Made by a program: the position numbers and the translations under genes
Source: a virus
Taxonomy: Duplodnaviria > Heunggongvirae > Uroviricota > Caudoviricetes
Length of the DNA stretch: 64,000 bases
Virus record (IMG/VR): IMGVR_UViG_3300018065_000012
Direction: 5' to 3' (one strand)
Part shown: piece by piece, positions 18,625-27,003 of the stretch
Numbering within the stretch: position 1 is the first letter of the stretch
Layout of the letters: every line of letters begins with the position of its first letter
The notes under the pieces: model-generated
What the model saw: only the letters and a program-made list of their open reading frames with translations
Database searches by the model: none
What the model was told of the DNA's origin: nothing

Positions 18625-18814
18625 TGAATTCATATGCCGTCGACATTGTCATCCTCATATGAATGATATGATAATGACGATTTATGAAGTTGAGATGTCT
18701 GGTTCAGATCGTGATTACAATGAATGGTTTTGTCCAAGGCTAAGAGTGCATTTGGAAAGTGATGGAAAAGCGCCGGTGGAATGTCCTTATTTTTTAGAGC
18801 ACTTTGTGCAATAA
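18617..18814 (+). CDS. Array unit
   Basis: FICRRHC..APVECPYFLEHF. Confidence 0.8.
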   Translation: MIDEFICRRHCHPHMNDMIMTIYEVEMSGSDRDYNEWFCPRLRVHLESDGKAPVECPYFLEHFVQ

Positions 18815-19062
18815 TGCTAAACAAGAAAACATGCAATAGATGCTGGAAGAAAAGGATCAAACAAAAAGGTTGGACGGTAACGAGTATGATTGAGGGTATT
18901 GGCTTGTATATTCGCGGTGAACAGTATGGTGGTAAATATTTGTTCAAGCACTTTGGAATGTTGCCGTGCTGTTTGGAAGAAAAATTCAAGCCAGTAATAG
19001 AGCCGCCAAAAAAGTGCCCTTTTATTTTGGAGCACTTGATGGAAACGCAAAAGAACAAATGA
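18814..19062 (+). CDS. Array unit
   Basis: MLNKKTCNRC..PPKKCPFILEHLM. Confidence 0.85.
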   Translation: MLNKKTCNRCWKKRIKQKGWTVTSMIEGIGLYIRGEQYGGKYLFKHFGMLPCCLEEKFKPVIEPPKKCPFILEHLMETQKNK

Positions 19063-19238
19063 TCAGCAGAGAAGTCTGTAAACGATGTTGGATCAACAGC
19101 GGGGGCGAATGGGATTCCGATGGTCACTTCAAGTGGCATTGTGGTAAAAATTGGAATACGACAATCAGCGTGGAAGACAAAACTATTCCGTACGATTGCC
19201 CATACAGTCTCGAACACGTAGTGAAAACAAAATGCTAA
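19059..19238 (+). CDS. Array unit
   Basis: MISREVCKRC..IPYDCPYSLEHVV. Confidence 0.85.
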   Translation: MISREVCKRCWINSGGEWDSDGHFKWHCGKNWNTTISVEDKTIPYDCPYSLEHVVKTKC

Positions 19239-19429
19239 CAAACATGGACATCTGTAAAAAGAAATGCAAAGAGAAATGCGAGACTTACTTAGCAATTGAA
19301 CATATAAGTCTCATGAGGGCGACGGGACGAATTGCGCGATATTTTGACCCATTGGCTTCTCCTTTCAGAGTCCCTGATGATTGCCCATTCAGTTTAGAGC
19401 ATCTTATGAAGGTTCAAAATGCTGAGTAA
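19232..19429 (+). CDS. Array unit
   Basis: DICKKKC..VPDDCPFSLEHLM. Confidence 0.8.
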   Translation: MLTNMDICKKKCKEKCETYLAIEHISLMRATGRIARYFDPLASPFRVPDDCPFSLEHLMKVQNAE

Positions 19430-19643
19430 AAGCATCTGTCAAAAATGTTGGAGGGAATATTTGAATTCAGATAATCCGCATCATGATTGTTGGAACGAAG
19501 CTGATGATTACGATTGGGAGCATGGAGCAGTTTTCTGTCCATATTCTCCAGAAGGATTTTCAAACTTTGTAAATATTGATGTGAAAGTATCAACATGGTG
19601 CCCTTATATTCTTGAGCAACTTATGGAAACTCAAAATGCTTAG
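19419..19643 (+). CDS. Array unit
   Basis: MLSKSICQKC..STWCPYILEQLM. Confidence 0.85.
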   Translation: MLSKSICQKCWREYLNSDNPHHDCWNEADDYDWEHGAVFCPYSPEGFSNFVNIDVKVSTWCPYILEQLMETQNA

Positions 19644-19818
19644 CAGAAAAATCTGTGAACGATGCAAAAAGTATTCAGCCCTTTTAGCAATAGATGGTTC
19701 AGAAGAAACAAGGTTGTGGCGTTGTGGTCGATGGGGCCAAGTCAACAAGCAGGATAGAATACCTGTGTCTTGCGAGTATGAAGCTGAACATGTGGTGGAA
19801 ACACAAAATGCTGAGTAA
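19636..19818 (+). CDS. Array unit
   Basis: MLSRKICERC..IPVSCEYEAEHVV. Confidence 0.85.
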   Translation: MLSRKICERCKKYSALLAIDGSEETRLWRCGRWGQVNKQDRIPVSCEYEAEHVVETQNAE

Positions 19819-20023
19819 AACAGTTTGTAAACAATGCATCAATAACTCGCTGGATAGAAAGGGTAGGTGGAGGCGTTGGCATGAAACAAACTGGAAAGAC
19901 GGCGTTGTGTGGTGCGGGGTTGTAAACCGGGGATCAAGTTGGTTGTTTCATGGAAAAGATGCGCCACCTTGTAAATGCCCTTATGGGCTTGAACACATTG
20001 TAGGAACGCAAAAGAAATGTTGA
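19808..20023 (+). CDS. Array unit
   Basis: MLSKTVCKQC..PPCKCPYGLEHIV. Confidence 0.85.
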   Translation: MLSKTVCKQCINNSLDRKGRWRRWHETNWKDGVVWCGVVNRGSSWLFHGKDAPPCKCPYGLEHIVGTQKKC

Positions 20024-20286
20024 GCGAACACATATGTTTGAAATGCAGTCAAACGGCTTTTCAAAACCCGTGGAATAACGTCGCGGTAATATGCGTCAAG
20101 TCAGGCCGTTTGTTGAAATTGCTTTATGATGATCCACCAAACGACTGCGATTTCTTGCTTGAACATCTTATGGAGAATCAAAACAAAGTGCCGCCAGAAG
20201 TTAAAGCTGGGACAACGAGAACGAATCCATTATACTATCGTCCAGCGCCCTCAAGACGACGCCGGAGAAGGGGACTGGATAGATGA
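20017..20286 (+). CDS. Array unit with an Arg-rich tail (paralogue of 17425-17697)
   Basis: MLSEHICLKC..PPNDCDFLLEHLM..RRRRRR. Confidence 0.85.
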   Translation: MLSEHICLKCSQTAFQNPWNNVAVICVKSGRLLKLLYDDPPNDCDFLLEHLMENQNKVPPEVKAGTTRTNPLYYRPAPSRRRRRRGLDR

Positions 20287-20305
20287 TATATGTTGGATAC
20301 TCAAA

Positions 20306-20482
20306 ATGTTGATTGAAGATATCTGCAAGCAATGCAAATGGCGGATGACACATTTTGATGTTTGCAAGATTGAATTTTGTAGAACAGGAGCAGATCGCAA
20401 AATTTTGTCAATGCGAGAAATCAAAAAGAAAACGCCTCGTAATTGCCCTTATTATTTGGAGCATTTACTCGTGGAGATGTAA
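20306..20482 (+). CDS. Array unit
   Basis: MLIEDICKQC..TPRNCPYYLEHLL. Confidence 0.8.
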   Translation: MLIEDICKQCKWRMTHFDVCKIEFCRTGADRKILSMREIKKKTPRNCPYYLEHLLVEM

Positions 20483-20484
20483 TA

Positions 20485-20685
20485 GTGCTGAACAAAACGA
20501 TATGTGACAGGTGTGAGTTTCGGGTTAATGGGTTCCACTATCCAGCAAAACCGTTGGATTGGCATTGCGATAGAGCTATCAAACAAAAAGATGGGAACAT
20601 GAGATGGCCCAACGGCAGAGAAGAACTGCCGCCGAATTGCCCTTATTATTTGGAGCATGTAATTTTTGGAGGGAACAATGGCTAA
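20485..20685 (+). CDS. Array unit
   Basis: LNKTICDRC..LPPNCPYYLEHVI. Confidence 0.8.
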   Translation: MLNKTICDRCEFRVNGFHYPAKPLDWHCDRAIKQKDGNMRWPNGREELPPNCPYYLEHVIFGGNNG

Positions 20686-21112
20686 GACGAAATTTGTTGT
20701 TGGCTTTTACTTTGATATGTTCCAAAAAAAGCCATCCGTTCTTCTTATAAAAAAGAAACGACCACAATGGCAGGCAGGACTTTACAATGGTATCGGAGGG
20801 CATATCGAAGAAGGAGAAACGCCACTTCAAGCAATGATACGCGAGTTCAAAGAAGAAACAGATGTTCATGAAGAAAACTGGATTCATAAAATAACTATCA
20901 ACAGTCCTAAATGGATTTTGCATGTCTTCGCCGTCATCCAAGGTGATTCAAAAAAACCTAAAACGATGACAGATGAAGAACTCAGATTCGTTCCAGTTCA
21001 AGAACTCTATTCTATGCCGCTTGTCTATAATATAACGTGGCTTGTTCCCATAATGCTTGACGCCACCATCGTCAAACCGTTCTCCTTTGAGTGCGAATTA
21101 TATGGAGAATGA
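20678..21112 (+). CDS. Nudix hydrolase
   Basis: GGHIEEGETPLQAMIREFKEET Nudix box. Confidence 0.88.
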   Translation: MAKTKFVVGFYFDMFQKKPSVLLIKKKRPQWQAGLYNGIGGHIEEGETPLQAMIREFKEETDVHEENWIHKITINSPKWILHVFAVIQGDSKKPKTMTDEELRFVPVQELYSMPLVYNITWLVPIMLDATIVKPFSFECELYGE

Positions 21113-21115
21113 ACA

Positions 21116-21355
21116 ATGCTGAGCAAAAAAGCTTGTAAACTTTGCATGGATAGGTTTGGTCCTAAAACTACATTTGGGGTGGGCTGGCAACAAAACGGAG
21201 CAAAAGACGAACAGCGCTGGAAAGACAACATGGTAATGTGTCCATGGTATTTTCACAAAGGTCATCCAGAGAAGCAACGGATGCGAGACATCAACAAACC
21301 ACCGCCTGATTTTTGTGGTTATACTTTGGAGCATGTAGTGCAAAATGCTAAGTAA
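21116..21355 (+). CDS. Array unit
   Basis: MLSKKACKLC..PPDFCGYTLEHVV. Confidence 0.85.
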   Translation: MLSKKACKLCMDRFGPKTTFGVGWQQNGAKDEQRWKDNMVMCPWYFHKGHPEKQRMRDINKPPPDFCGYTLEHVVQNAK

Positions 21356-21590
21356 AACTATCTGCAAAAAATGCTGAGAAAAAGAACATACGCCACTCAA
21401 ATGGATCAAGCAACATCGAGACACCGGATGTCCTGAAATGTTTTGGGAACGCAAAGAAGCACCGTGTCCAATTACTCACCGATGGTTCAATTGGGGTGGA
21501 TTGGCTCCTTTTCCGAGTATTGATGGTTTCGCGCCTGCTCGTTGTCCCTACAGCCTTGAGCACTTGATAGAAAGTCAAAATGTTGAGTGA
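21345..21590 (+). pseudogene. Array unit with a nonsense mutation
   Basis: MLSKTICKKC*EK..APARCPYSLEHLI; TGA at 21375-21377 where many siblings have TGG (CxxCW). Confidence 0.75.
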
Positions 21591-21759
21591 AACTGTTTGT
21601 TACAGATGCAAAAAACAGAAGCCAGAATGGGAAAACCGTTGGGCCGCAAAAGGATATATTTGGTGCAAAAGGTTGGGCGTGTTGATTTGCAAACAGGGCA
21701 ATCTCCCTACTGGCTGTCCTTATGAACTCGAACATCTTTTGGAAAATCAAAATGTTTAA
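21580..21759 (+). CDS. Array unit
   Basis: MLSETVCYRC..LPTGCPYELEHLL; below cutoff. Confidence 0.8.
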   Translation: MLSETVCYRCKKQKPEWENRWAAKGYIWCKRLGVLICKQGNLPTGCPYELEHLLENQNV

Positions 21760-21949
21760 TGACGATGAAATCCAAAGAAAATGTTGCTCCAGTTTTCCAA
21801 AGGTAAAACAAGAGGAACTCAAAGAAGACCTTCTCAAGTACTGGGTGGAGTGCGAGAAATGCAATCAGAAAACAGATTGCTATGAAACCAAGTTCACTGC
21901 TGTTCTGACTTGGAATAACAACATGCTTGTGAAGAAAAATGCTAAGTAA
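21752..21949 (+). CDS. Lar (restriction-alleviation)-like zinc-ribbon protein
   Basis: WVECEKC..ETKFTAVLTWN resembles the Lar-family C-terminal pattern. Confidence 0.5.
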   Translation: MFNDDEIQRKCCSSFPKVKQEELKEDLLKYWVECEKCNQKTDCYETKFTAVLTWNNNMLVKKNAK

Positions 21950-22121
21950 ACGAATCTGCGTATCTTGCTGGGGCGGTAAAGGGTGGATTTCAGAAGACGA
22001 TAACAGCGAATGGAGATGTCGTTATTCGGAATATAGATGGGTGAAAATCAAATACAAAGTTCCTGACAGCTGCCCTTTTATTCTTGAGCAACTGATGGAT
22101 ACACAGCATGTTTGTGAGTAA
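21939..22121 (+). CDS. Array unit
   Basis: MLSKRICVSC..VPDSCPFILEQL. Confidence 0.85.
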   Translation: MLSKRICVSCWGGKGWISEDDNSEWRCRYSEYRWVKIKYKVPDSCPFILEQLMDTQHVCE

Positions 22122-22278
22122 AACTATCTGTCTAAGATGCAGAAAATCATACTGCTATATCTACAAATGGTGGCGTTGGAATCGGTATGATTGCAGTATA
22201 GTTAGAGCAAACCCGATGAAATGCGGTTATGAACTTGAGCATTTGATTGAGACTCAAAACAAAATGGAGATGAAATGA
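22108..22278 (+). CDS. Array unit
   Basis: VSKTICLRC..PMKCGYELEHLI; below cutoff. Confidence 0.75.
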   Translation: MFVSKTICLRCRKSYCYIYKWWRWNRYDCSIVRANPMKCGYELEHLIETQNKMEMK

Positions 22279-22670
22279 AACCAGTTGATTGGTCCACACA
22301 ATGCGAAGCCTTGATACGTGGGACGAAACAGCGCTGTCCACACAGATGCCGTTTCCAAATTCCAAACATTCTTGCTGGTCATTTTGTTATGGATAAAGAA
22401 TACTTTGAGGTTTATGGCCGACCTGTTCATCTTTGCTATGGACACTGGAGGCACTGGCACGCAAGACAAAAACGTCTTCTGACCGTTGCGTTGATAGACG
22501 GGGGCTATCTGTCTGCTTACAATCATCATGCTTACGGATCAATCGTTACGGCCCATGAGCGCATTGATTTTAAGCAGCCATCGTCACAGGTGCCAAAAGA
22601 ATGGGGTGTTGATGAATGGAAAGGAAACGTTCCTGATCTTGTAAGGAAGGCGTTGAAGATTACGGCTTGA
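22275..22670 (+). CDS. Hypothetical protein
   Basis: 131-aa coupled ORF. Confidence 0.65.
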   Translation: MKPVDWSTQCEALIRGTKQRCPHRCRFQIPNILAGHFVMDKEYFEVYGRPVHLCYGHWRHWHARQKRLLTVALIDGGYLSAYNHHAYGSIVTAHERIDFKQPSSQVPKEWGVDEWKGNVPDLVRKALKITA

Positions 22671-22681
22671 CAGGATTCAAA

Positions 22682-22918
22682 ATGCTAAACAAAAGCATCT
22701 GTAGCAAATGTTATGAGCGTCACAATATCCCTTGGGAGGATATTTACAGCGGAGTTTATCCTGATGAGCTTTGGGAGAAAGGGAAAGTCCGATGCCCGAT
22801 TCCGGAGAAAGTTTGGGATAGGCGACCTGATAATGTTCCGATTTTCATAAGCAGATTTTCAAACAAGAAAGTTCCCGACCATTGCGAGTATTCTCTGGAG
22901 CACGTCATTGCCGAATAA
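22682..22918 (+). CDS. Array unit
   Basis: MLNKSICSKC..VPDHCEYSLEHVI. Confidence 0.85.
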   Translation: MLNKSICSKCYERHNIPWEDIYSGVYPDELWEKGKVRCPIPEKVWDRRPDNVPIFISRFSNKKVPDHCEYSLEHVIAE

Positions 22919-23189
22919 GAAAGTCAAAAGGATCAGAGACAAAGCGGGCATGGCAGTTTTTATTGCGTTCAATAGACTGTACGAAGAGGGCGTAACATCG
23001 CCAAAAGATGAAACGGTGGAAGCAAGGGCCAAGATGTTGATGAAAAGATCAAGCGAAGACTTGAGAAGATTGATGTATGAATATTGCCGCAAGTGCATTG
23101 AAAATCCTTTGAGGGCGACGTTCTATTGCGATTTTCGAGGGAAAGCTAAATGCCCTTATTGTCTCGAACATCTGATGCAAAATCAATGA
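22908..23189 (+). CDS. Helical N-terminal domain fused to an array unit
   Basis: ..YCRKC..FYC..KAKCPYCLEHLMQNQ. Confidence 0.7.
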   Translation: MPNKKVKRIRDKAGMAVFIAFNRLYEEGVTSPKDETVEARAKMLMKRSSEDLRRLMYEYCRKCIENPLRATFYCDFRGKAKCPYCLEHLMQNQ

Positions 23190-23224
23190 AATTTTTCACT
23201 CCTCGATTATTAAAGGCAAAAATT

Positions 23225-23313
23225 GAGCAACATTTTTTCTCAACCTTCCTCAAAAAAACCAGCAAAAATCAAGCGATTTAATTGTATAATTAACCAAGCG
23301 AGCGTGTCTTCAA
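23225..23313 (+). promoter_or_regulatory. Internal array promoter module (near-identical to 28031-28118)
   Basis: GAGCAACATTTTT..GCAAAAATCAAGCGATTTAATTGTATAATTAACCAAG..GTGTCTTCAA. Confidence 0.7.
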
Positions 23314-23336
23314 AACTCGCGAGACGGAGTTTCGGA

Positions 23337-23516
23337 ATGCTGAGTAAACAAGTTTGTAAAAAGTGCAAATTCTTTTTTGAAGGTCACAAGCAGATCGGCT
23401 ATTGGCTGTGTAGTTTCATAGTTGATCCAAAGTGTGCTTGTATGGTGCGTCCTGACTCTGAACCAAGAAGTAGATGTCCATTCGCTCTCGAACATTTGAT
23501 GGAAACTCAATGCTAA
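23337..23516 (+). CDS. Array unit
   Basis: MLSKQVCKKC..RSRCPFALEHLM. Confidence 0.85.
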   Translation: MLSKQVCKKCKFFFEGHKQIGYWLCSFIVDPKCACMVRPDSEPRSRCPFALEHLMETQC

Positions 23517-23728
23517 GCAAAGCAGTTTGTGAAAAATGCCGCAATAAAATCTGCACAGGGGCATTGTCTGCTTTCAGATGGCGGGACATCGATGACATAA
23601 CGTGGAAGAATGGCGCTGTGCTATGCGTGACTCCGAAAGGGGCGGTTGAAAATACACAGGTTCAAAAACCGCCTGACCACTGCGGATACAGCTTGGAACA
23701 TTTGATGGACGCACAACATGCTGAGTAA
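23510..23728 (+). CDS. Array unit
   Basis: MLSKAVCEKC..PPDHCGYSLEHLM. Confidence 0.85.
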   Translation: MLSKAVCEKCRNKICTGALSAFRWRDIDDITWKNGAVLCVTPKGAVENTQVQKPPDHCGYSLEHLMDAQHAE

Positions 23729-23942
23729 GGACATCTGTAAAAAGTGCTGGGGCAAAAGCGTTAAAACAAATAAGGAAAGGATTCATCACCGGACGATAGA
23801 TAGTTGCGATTATGATCAATGGTTTGAAGCGGTATGGCTTCGGAAAACTCATTGCTATTATGCTTGGAAAGCAAGCAATACGAAAAATCTTTCGGATGAG
23901 TGCCCATATCACTTGGAACACATATTGGAAATGCAATGCTGA
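23718..23942 (+). CDS. Array unit
   Basis: MLSKDICKKC..SDECPYHLEHIL. Confidence 0.85.
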   Translation: MLSKDICKKCWGKSVKTNKERIHHRTIDSCDYDQWFEAVWLRKTHCYYAWKASNTKNLSDECPYHLEHILEMQC

Positions 23943-24217
23943 ACAAAAGTTTCTGTAAAAAATGCCGCACCAGAGCCTACGAACAAGCATGTGAATATGA
24001 ATGGCCTAAAAACGTTGCGTTGATTTTCAAATGGACTGAAGAAAGCGATGAGGAATGGAACAACAAAACGGTTTATTGCCTTTGGAGACACGCTGACAAT
24101 ATCAAACGAGGCGAGACGACTGAAAGGCATGAAGCGTTTGTTTCGACAAAACAAAACGCACCGAATGAATGTCCATTTGTCTTAGAGCACTTTATGGAAG
24201 CTCAAAACAATGCTTAG
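23936..24217 (+). CDS. Array unit
   Basis: MLNKSFCKKC..APNECPFVLEHFM. Confidence 0.85.
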   Translation: MLNKSFCKKCRTRAYEQACEYEWPKNVALIFKWTEESDEEWNNKTVYCLWRHADNIKRGETTERHEAFVSTKQNAPNECPFVLEHFMEAQNNA

Positions 24218-24392
24218 CAAAAAGATATGCCAACGGTGTCAGCATTTCAGCCAGTTCTTGGGCGAGGAACAGCAGGATAGTTGGGAATGTAATGCGTTCA
24301 TATATTCCTTCAAAATGTGTAGAAAGGCTAACTCGGCTCCCGATTGGTGCCCTTATCAATTGGAGCACCTGATGGAAAATCAAGTACAATGA
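24210..24392 (+). CDS. Array unit
   Basis: MLSKKICQRC..APDWCPYQLEHLM. Confidence 0.85.
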   Translation: MLSKKICQRCQHFSQFLGEEQQDSWECNAFIYSFKMCRKANSAPDWCPYQLEHLMENQVQ

Positions 24393-24568
24393 AAATTTGC
24401 ATCTTACATTGCTGGAAAGAAAAGATCATCAAAGGCAAATGGCCCATCGACCTTCACGGAGGAATTGCAAAAAGAATTTGCAATCGTTGTGACAAAACAC
24501 AATACACTAACGGTTATACTCCTTGGAAGTGGTTTGAAACGTTAAAGGAAGCTCAAAATGCTGAGTAA
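24389..24568 (+). CDS. Small hypothetical cargo protein ending in the array junction
   Basis: MKICILHCW..RICNRC..KEAQNAE. Confidence 0.6.
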   Translation: MKICILHCWKEKIIKGKWPIDLHGGIAKRICNRCDKTQYTNGYTPWKWFETLKEAQNAE

Positions 24569-24764
24569 AGAAATTTGTATGAACTGTGAAAGGCTTGTCC
24601 TTACTTCGCGGGACAGGTTGACGCCTTTTTCTGAAAAAGCTTTTTGTAATGTCGTAACGCTCAGAAACCGAATATCCGAGATGAAAACTGCTCCAAGCTA
24701 TTGTCCTTTTGTCCTTGAACACCTGATGGAGAATCAAGATGGAAATGAGAATCGAAATGCTTGA
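24558..24764 (+). CDS. Array unit
   Basis: MLSKEICMNC..APSYCPFVLEHLM. Confidence 0.85.
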   Translation: MLSKEICMNCERLVLTSRDRLTPFSEKAFCNVVTLRNRISEMKTAPSYCPFVLEHLMENQDGNENRNA

Positions 24765-24894
24765 AATGCATGTGAAAGAACTCGAAAGAATAACAGCCAA
24801 ACAAACTGAATTGATCGATGCGTTGATTGAAGAACATAACAAAAAGCCCCTTGCCCGACAAATTGCAAGGACTGCTGAATTCTTGAAAGAGTGA
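24757..24894 (+). CDS. Small helical hypothetical protein
   Basis: 45 aa, coupled; not in ORF track. Confidence 0.5.
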   Translation: MLEMHVKELERITAKQTELIDALIEEHNKKPLARQIARTAEFLKE

Positions 24895-24895
24895 A

Positions 24896-25129
24896 ATGCT
24901 TAGCAAACAGATATGTCAACAATGCTGGAAGAAAATAATGTCTGGGAAAATAACGCTCTGGGATTTTTCCAAAACGAATTTCAACAAATATACGTGGGGC
25001 CGCTGGTCTGTCAATTGCCCTTTCGACCATAGCCGAAAACAAGGCGGTGCTGTGGCGATGAGGTTTAGACCACCACCTGACTGGTGTCCTTACGCTCTTG
25101 AGCACTTAATGGAAACGCAACAATGCTAA
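24896..25129 (+). CDS. Array unit
   Basis: MLSKQICQQC..PPDWCPYALEHLM. Confidence 0.85.
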   Translation: MLSKQICQQCWKKIMSGKITLWDFSKTNFNKYTWGRWSVNCPFDHSRKQGGAVAMRFRPPPDWCPYALEHLMETQQC

Positions 25130-25352
25130 GTAAACAAGTGTGTCAAGCATGCCTGAAAAACCATGCTGTCACAGGTTGGACAAAAACAGATGAGGCTCAC
25201 TGGGAAGAAAAGCAAGAAATATGCTGTCCTATTCAATTTACATTCAGGTTTCCATCTAACATGGTTTTACGCCGAAGAAAAAGTTTCTGGCAAGACCTCA
25301 ATGGTGTCCTTACGCTCTTGAGCACTTAATGGAAACGCAAAATGCTGAGTAG
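25123..25352 (+). pseudogene. Frameshifted array unit
   Basis: MLSKQVCQAC in one frame, PQWCPYALEHLMETQNAE in another. Confidence 0.7.
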
Positions 25353-25411
25353 AAGCATCTGTCGATAAGCCGCCACACTATTGCCCGCACAAAACTGAAA
25401 TGGTGAAGTGA
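25342..25411 (+). pseudogene. Array-unit remnant with the variable core deleted
   Basis: MLSRSICR* joined out of frame to DKPPHYCPH. Confidence 0.65.
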
Positions 25412-25609
25412 ATGCTGAGCAAAGCAATCTGTAAACGATGCCCCGATGCAAAAGCCCTGCGGTGGGATGGTAGAGTGTGGAGATGTCACAACACAAACGT
25501 CGCCAGAAGATTCATAGGAGGATATGTTGTTGTCACTGAATTCTTTGAAGTTTCCGACCAATGTCCATATTCTTTAGAACACCTATTGAAAATGCAGAAA
25601 CAATGTTAA
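25412..25609 (+). CDS. Array unit (shares its 3' half with 26353-26631)
   Basis: MLSKAICKRC..VARRFIGGY..SDQCPYSLEHLL. Confidence 0.85.
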   Translation: MLSKAICKRCPDAKALRWDGRVWRCHNTNVARRFIGGYVVVTEFFEVSDQCPYSLEHLLKMQKQC

Positions 25610-25824
25610 GCAAAGCGATATGTCAACGGTGCTATAAATCTTTCAATCATCAATGGTTTAGAATTGATGAGGTTTTTGGAAATGGAAAAGCGTTGACGCC
25701 TGATTTGCGTTGGAAACAAGGATTCGTTTCTTGTTTCACGTATCGTAGAAGTATTCGGCGTTCACCGCCTGTTCGATGTCCTTTTGTTTTAGAACATCTG
25801 ATGGAAACTCAAAGCAATGCTTAG
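25603..25824 (+). CDS. Array unit
   Basis: MLSKAICQRC..PPVRCPFVLEHLM. Confidence 0.85.
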   Translation: MLSKAICQRCYKSFNHQWFRIDEVFGNGKALTPDLRWKQGFVSCFTYRRSIRRSPPVRCPFVLEHLMETQSNA

Positions 25825-25996
25825 TAAAGAAATCTGTGAACAATGTGAGCACAGTCATCATCCTTTGACCGGAACAAAGCGACCAAAGAAGGAAAGAGGA
25901 GGCATAGTCTGTTACCCAACAATAGACGAGTATGTACCCGTCTGGTGTCCATATAGTCTCGAACACCTTTTGGAAAATCAAAGTCATGCTGAGTAA
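25817..25996 (+). CDS. Array unit
   Basis: MLSKEICEQC..VPVWCPYSLEHLL; below cutoff. Confidence 0.8.
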   Translation: MLSKEICEQCEHSHHPLTGTKRPKKERGGIVCYPTIDEYVPVWCPYSLEHLLENQSHAE

Positions 25997-26219
25997 TAAA
26001 ATATGCTTGAAGTGCAAAAGGTATGGCCAGTGCCCAATTGAAGGTCGATGGTTTTGGGGCAAAAGTGAAAAGAAGACAAACACAGAACTTGAAAATGAAA
26101 CACTTACTGAATGCCCATATTCTTTGGAACATCTAATGAAGGTGCAAAATGCTGAACAAAGGCGTATGCAAAACATGTTGGAAAAGTGCCAGAGGCGAAT
26201 GGTCTCGCGAAGCAGATAA
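25986..26219 (+). CDS. Array unit
   Basis: MLSNKICLKC..TECPYSLEHLM. Confidence 0.8.
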   Translation: MLSNKICLKCKRYGQCPIEGRWFWGKSEKKTNTELENETLTECPYSLEHLMKVQNAEQRRMQNMLEKCQRRMVSRSR

Positions 26220-26349
26220 AGAATGGAACAATGGAATTACTATTTGTCCCTATACGATCAAAGGAATTGCTCCTTGCGCAACTTCTATCATGGTGAAAGT
26301 TGCTCCCAAATGGTGTGATTATTCTCTTGAACATTTGATGGAAGCATAA
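26149..26349 (+). CDS. Array unit
   Basis: MLNKGVCKTC..APKWCDYSLEHLM. Confidence 0.85.
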   Translation: MLNKGVCKTCWKSARGEWSREADKEWNNGITICPYTIKGIAPCATSIMVKVAPKWCDYSLEHLMEA

Positions 26350-26352
26350 ACA

Positions 26353-26631
26353 ATGCTTAGTAAAACTGTCTGCCAGAAATGTGACTACTACAGAGAGTTG
26401 CTCCTAACTGCGTGGGAAAAGAAAATTTGGCCGAGTAGTAGAATTTGGAAATGTTATAACACAGGCGTCGCCAGAAGGTTCATAGGAGGATATTTTGTTG
26501 TTGCTGAATTCTTTGAAGTTTCCGACCAATGTCCGTATTCCTTAGAGCATCTAATGCAAAATGATAAAAATCGAGCGAAACAAAAATGCTCAGTAGAAAA
26601 ATCTGTGAAAAGTGCGAGCATTACAGAGTGA
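26353..26631 (+). CDS. Array unit (shares its 3' half with 25412-25609)
   Basis: MLSKTVCQKC..VARRFIGGY..SDQCPYSLEHLM. Confidence 0.85.
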   Translation: MLSKTVCQKCDYYRELLLTAWEKKIWPSSRIWKCYNTGVARRFIGGYFVVAEFFEVSDQCPYSLEHLMQNDKNRAKQKCSVEKSVKSASITE

Positions 26632-26774
26632 GATATTCAGTTACGTTTTGGGTTTGTGAATGTCCACCCTCAAGCAAACGTTCCCTTTTAACATGCTACA
26701 AAACGTCCTTGCCGCCTGCTCATTGTCCTTTTGCCTTAGAACATGTAGTTGAAACGCAAAATGATGTTGAATAA
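26586..26774 (+). CDS. Array unit
   Basis: MLSRKICEKC..PPAHCPFALEHVV. Confidence 0.85.
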   Translation: MLSRKICEKCEHYRVRYSVTFWVCECPPSSKRSLLTCYKTSLPPAHCPFALEHVVETQNDVE

Positions 26775-27003
26775 AGAAGTCTGTAAAAAATGCTGGAGAA
26801 AAATGGGCCGAAAGAGTTGGACCAAGTATGATGAAAAATACTGGAACAAAGGAGAGTTTGATTGCCCCTTGTTTTCAGAAAGCGGAGAATTTACGGAAGA
26901 CAAAGAGTTTGACGGCATAGACCCAAAAAAAGGTCCGCCTGATAATTGTCCATATAGTCTCGAACATCTTATGAGAACGCAAAATGCTGAAAGGACAACA
27001 TGA
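26761..27003 (+). CDS. Array unit
   Basis: MLNKEVCKKC..PPDNCPYSLEHLM. Confidence 0.85.
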   Translation: MMLNKEVCKKCWRKMGRKSWTKYDEKYWNKGEFDCPLFSESGEFTEDKEFDGIDPKKGPPDNCPYSLEHLMRTQNAERTT

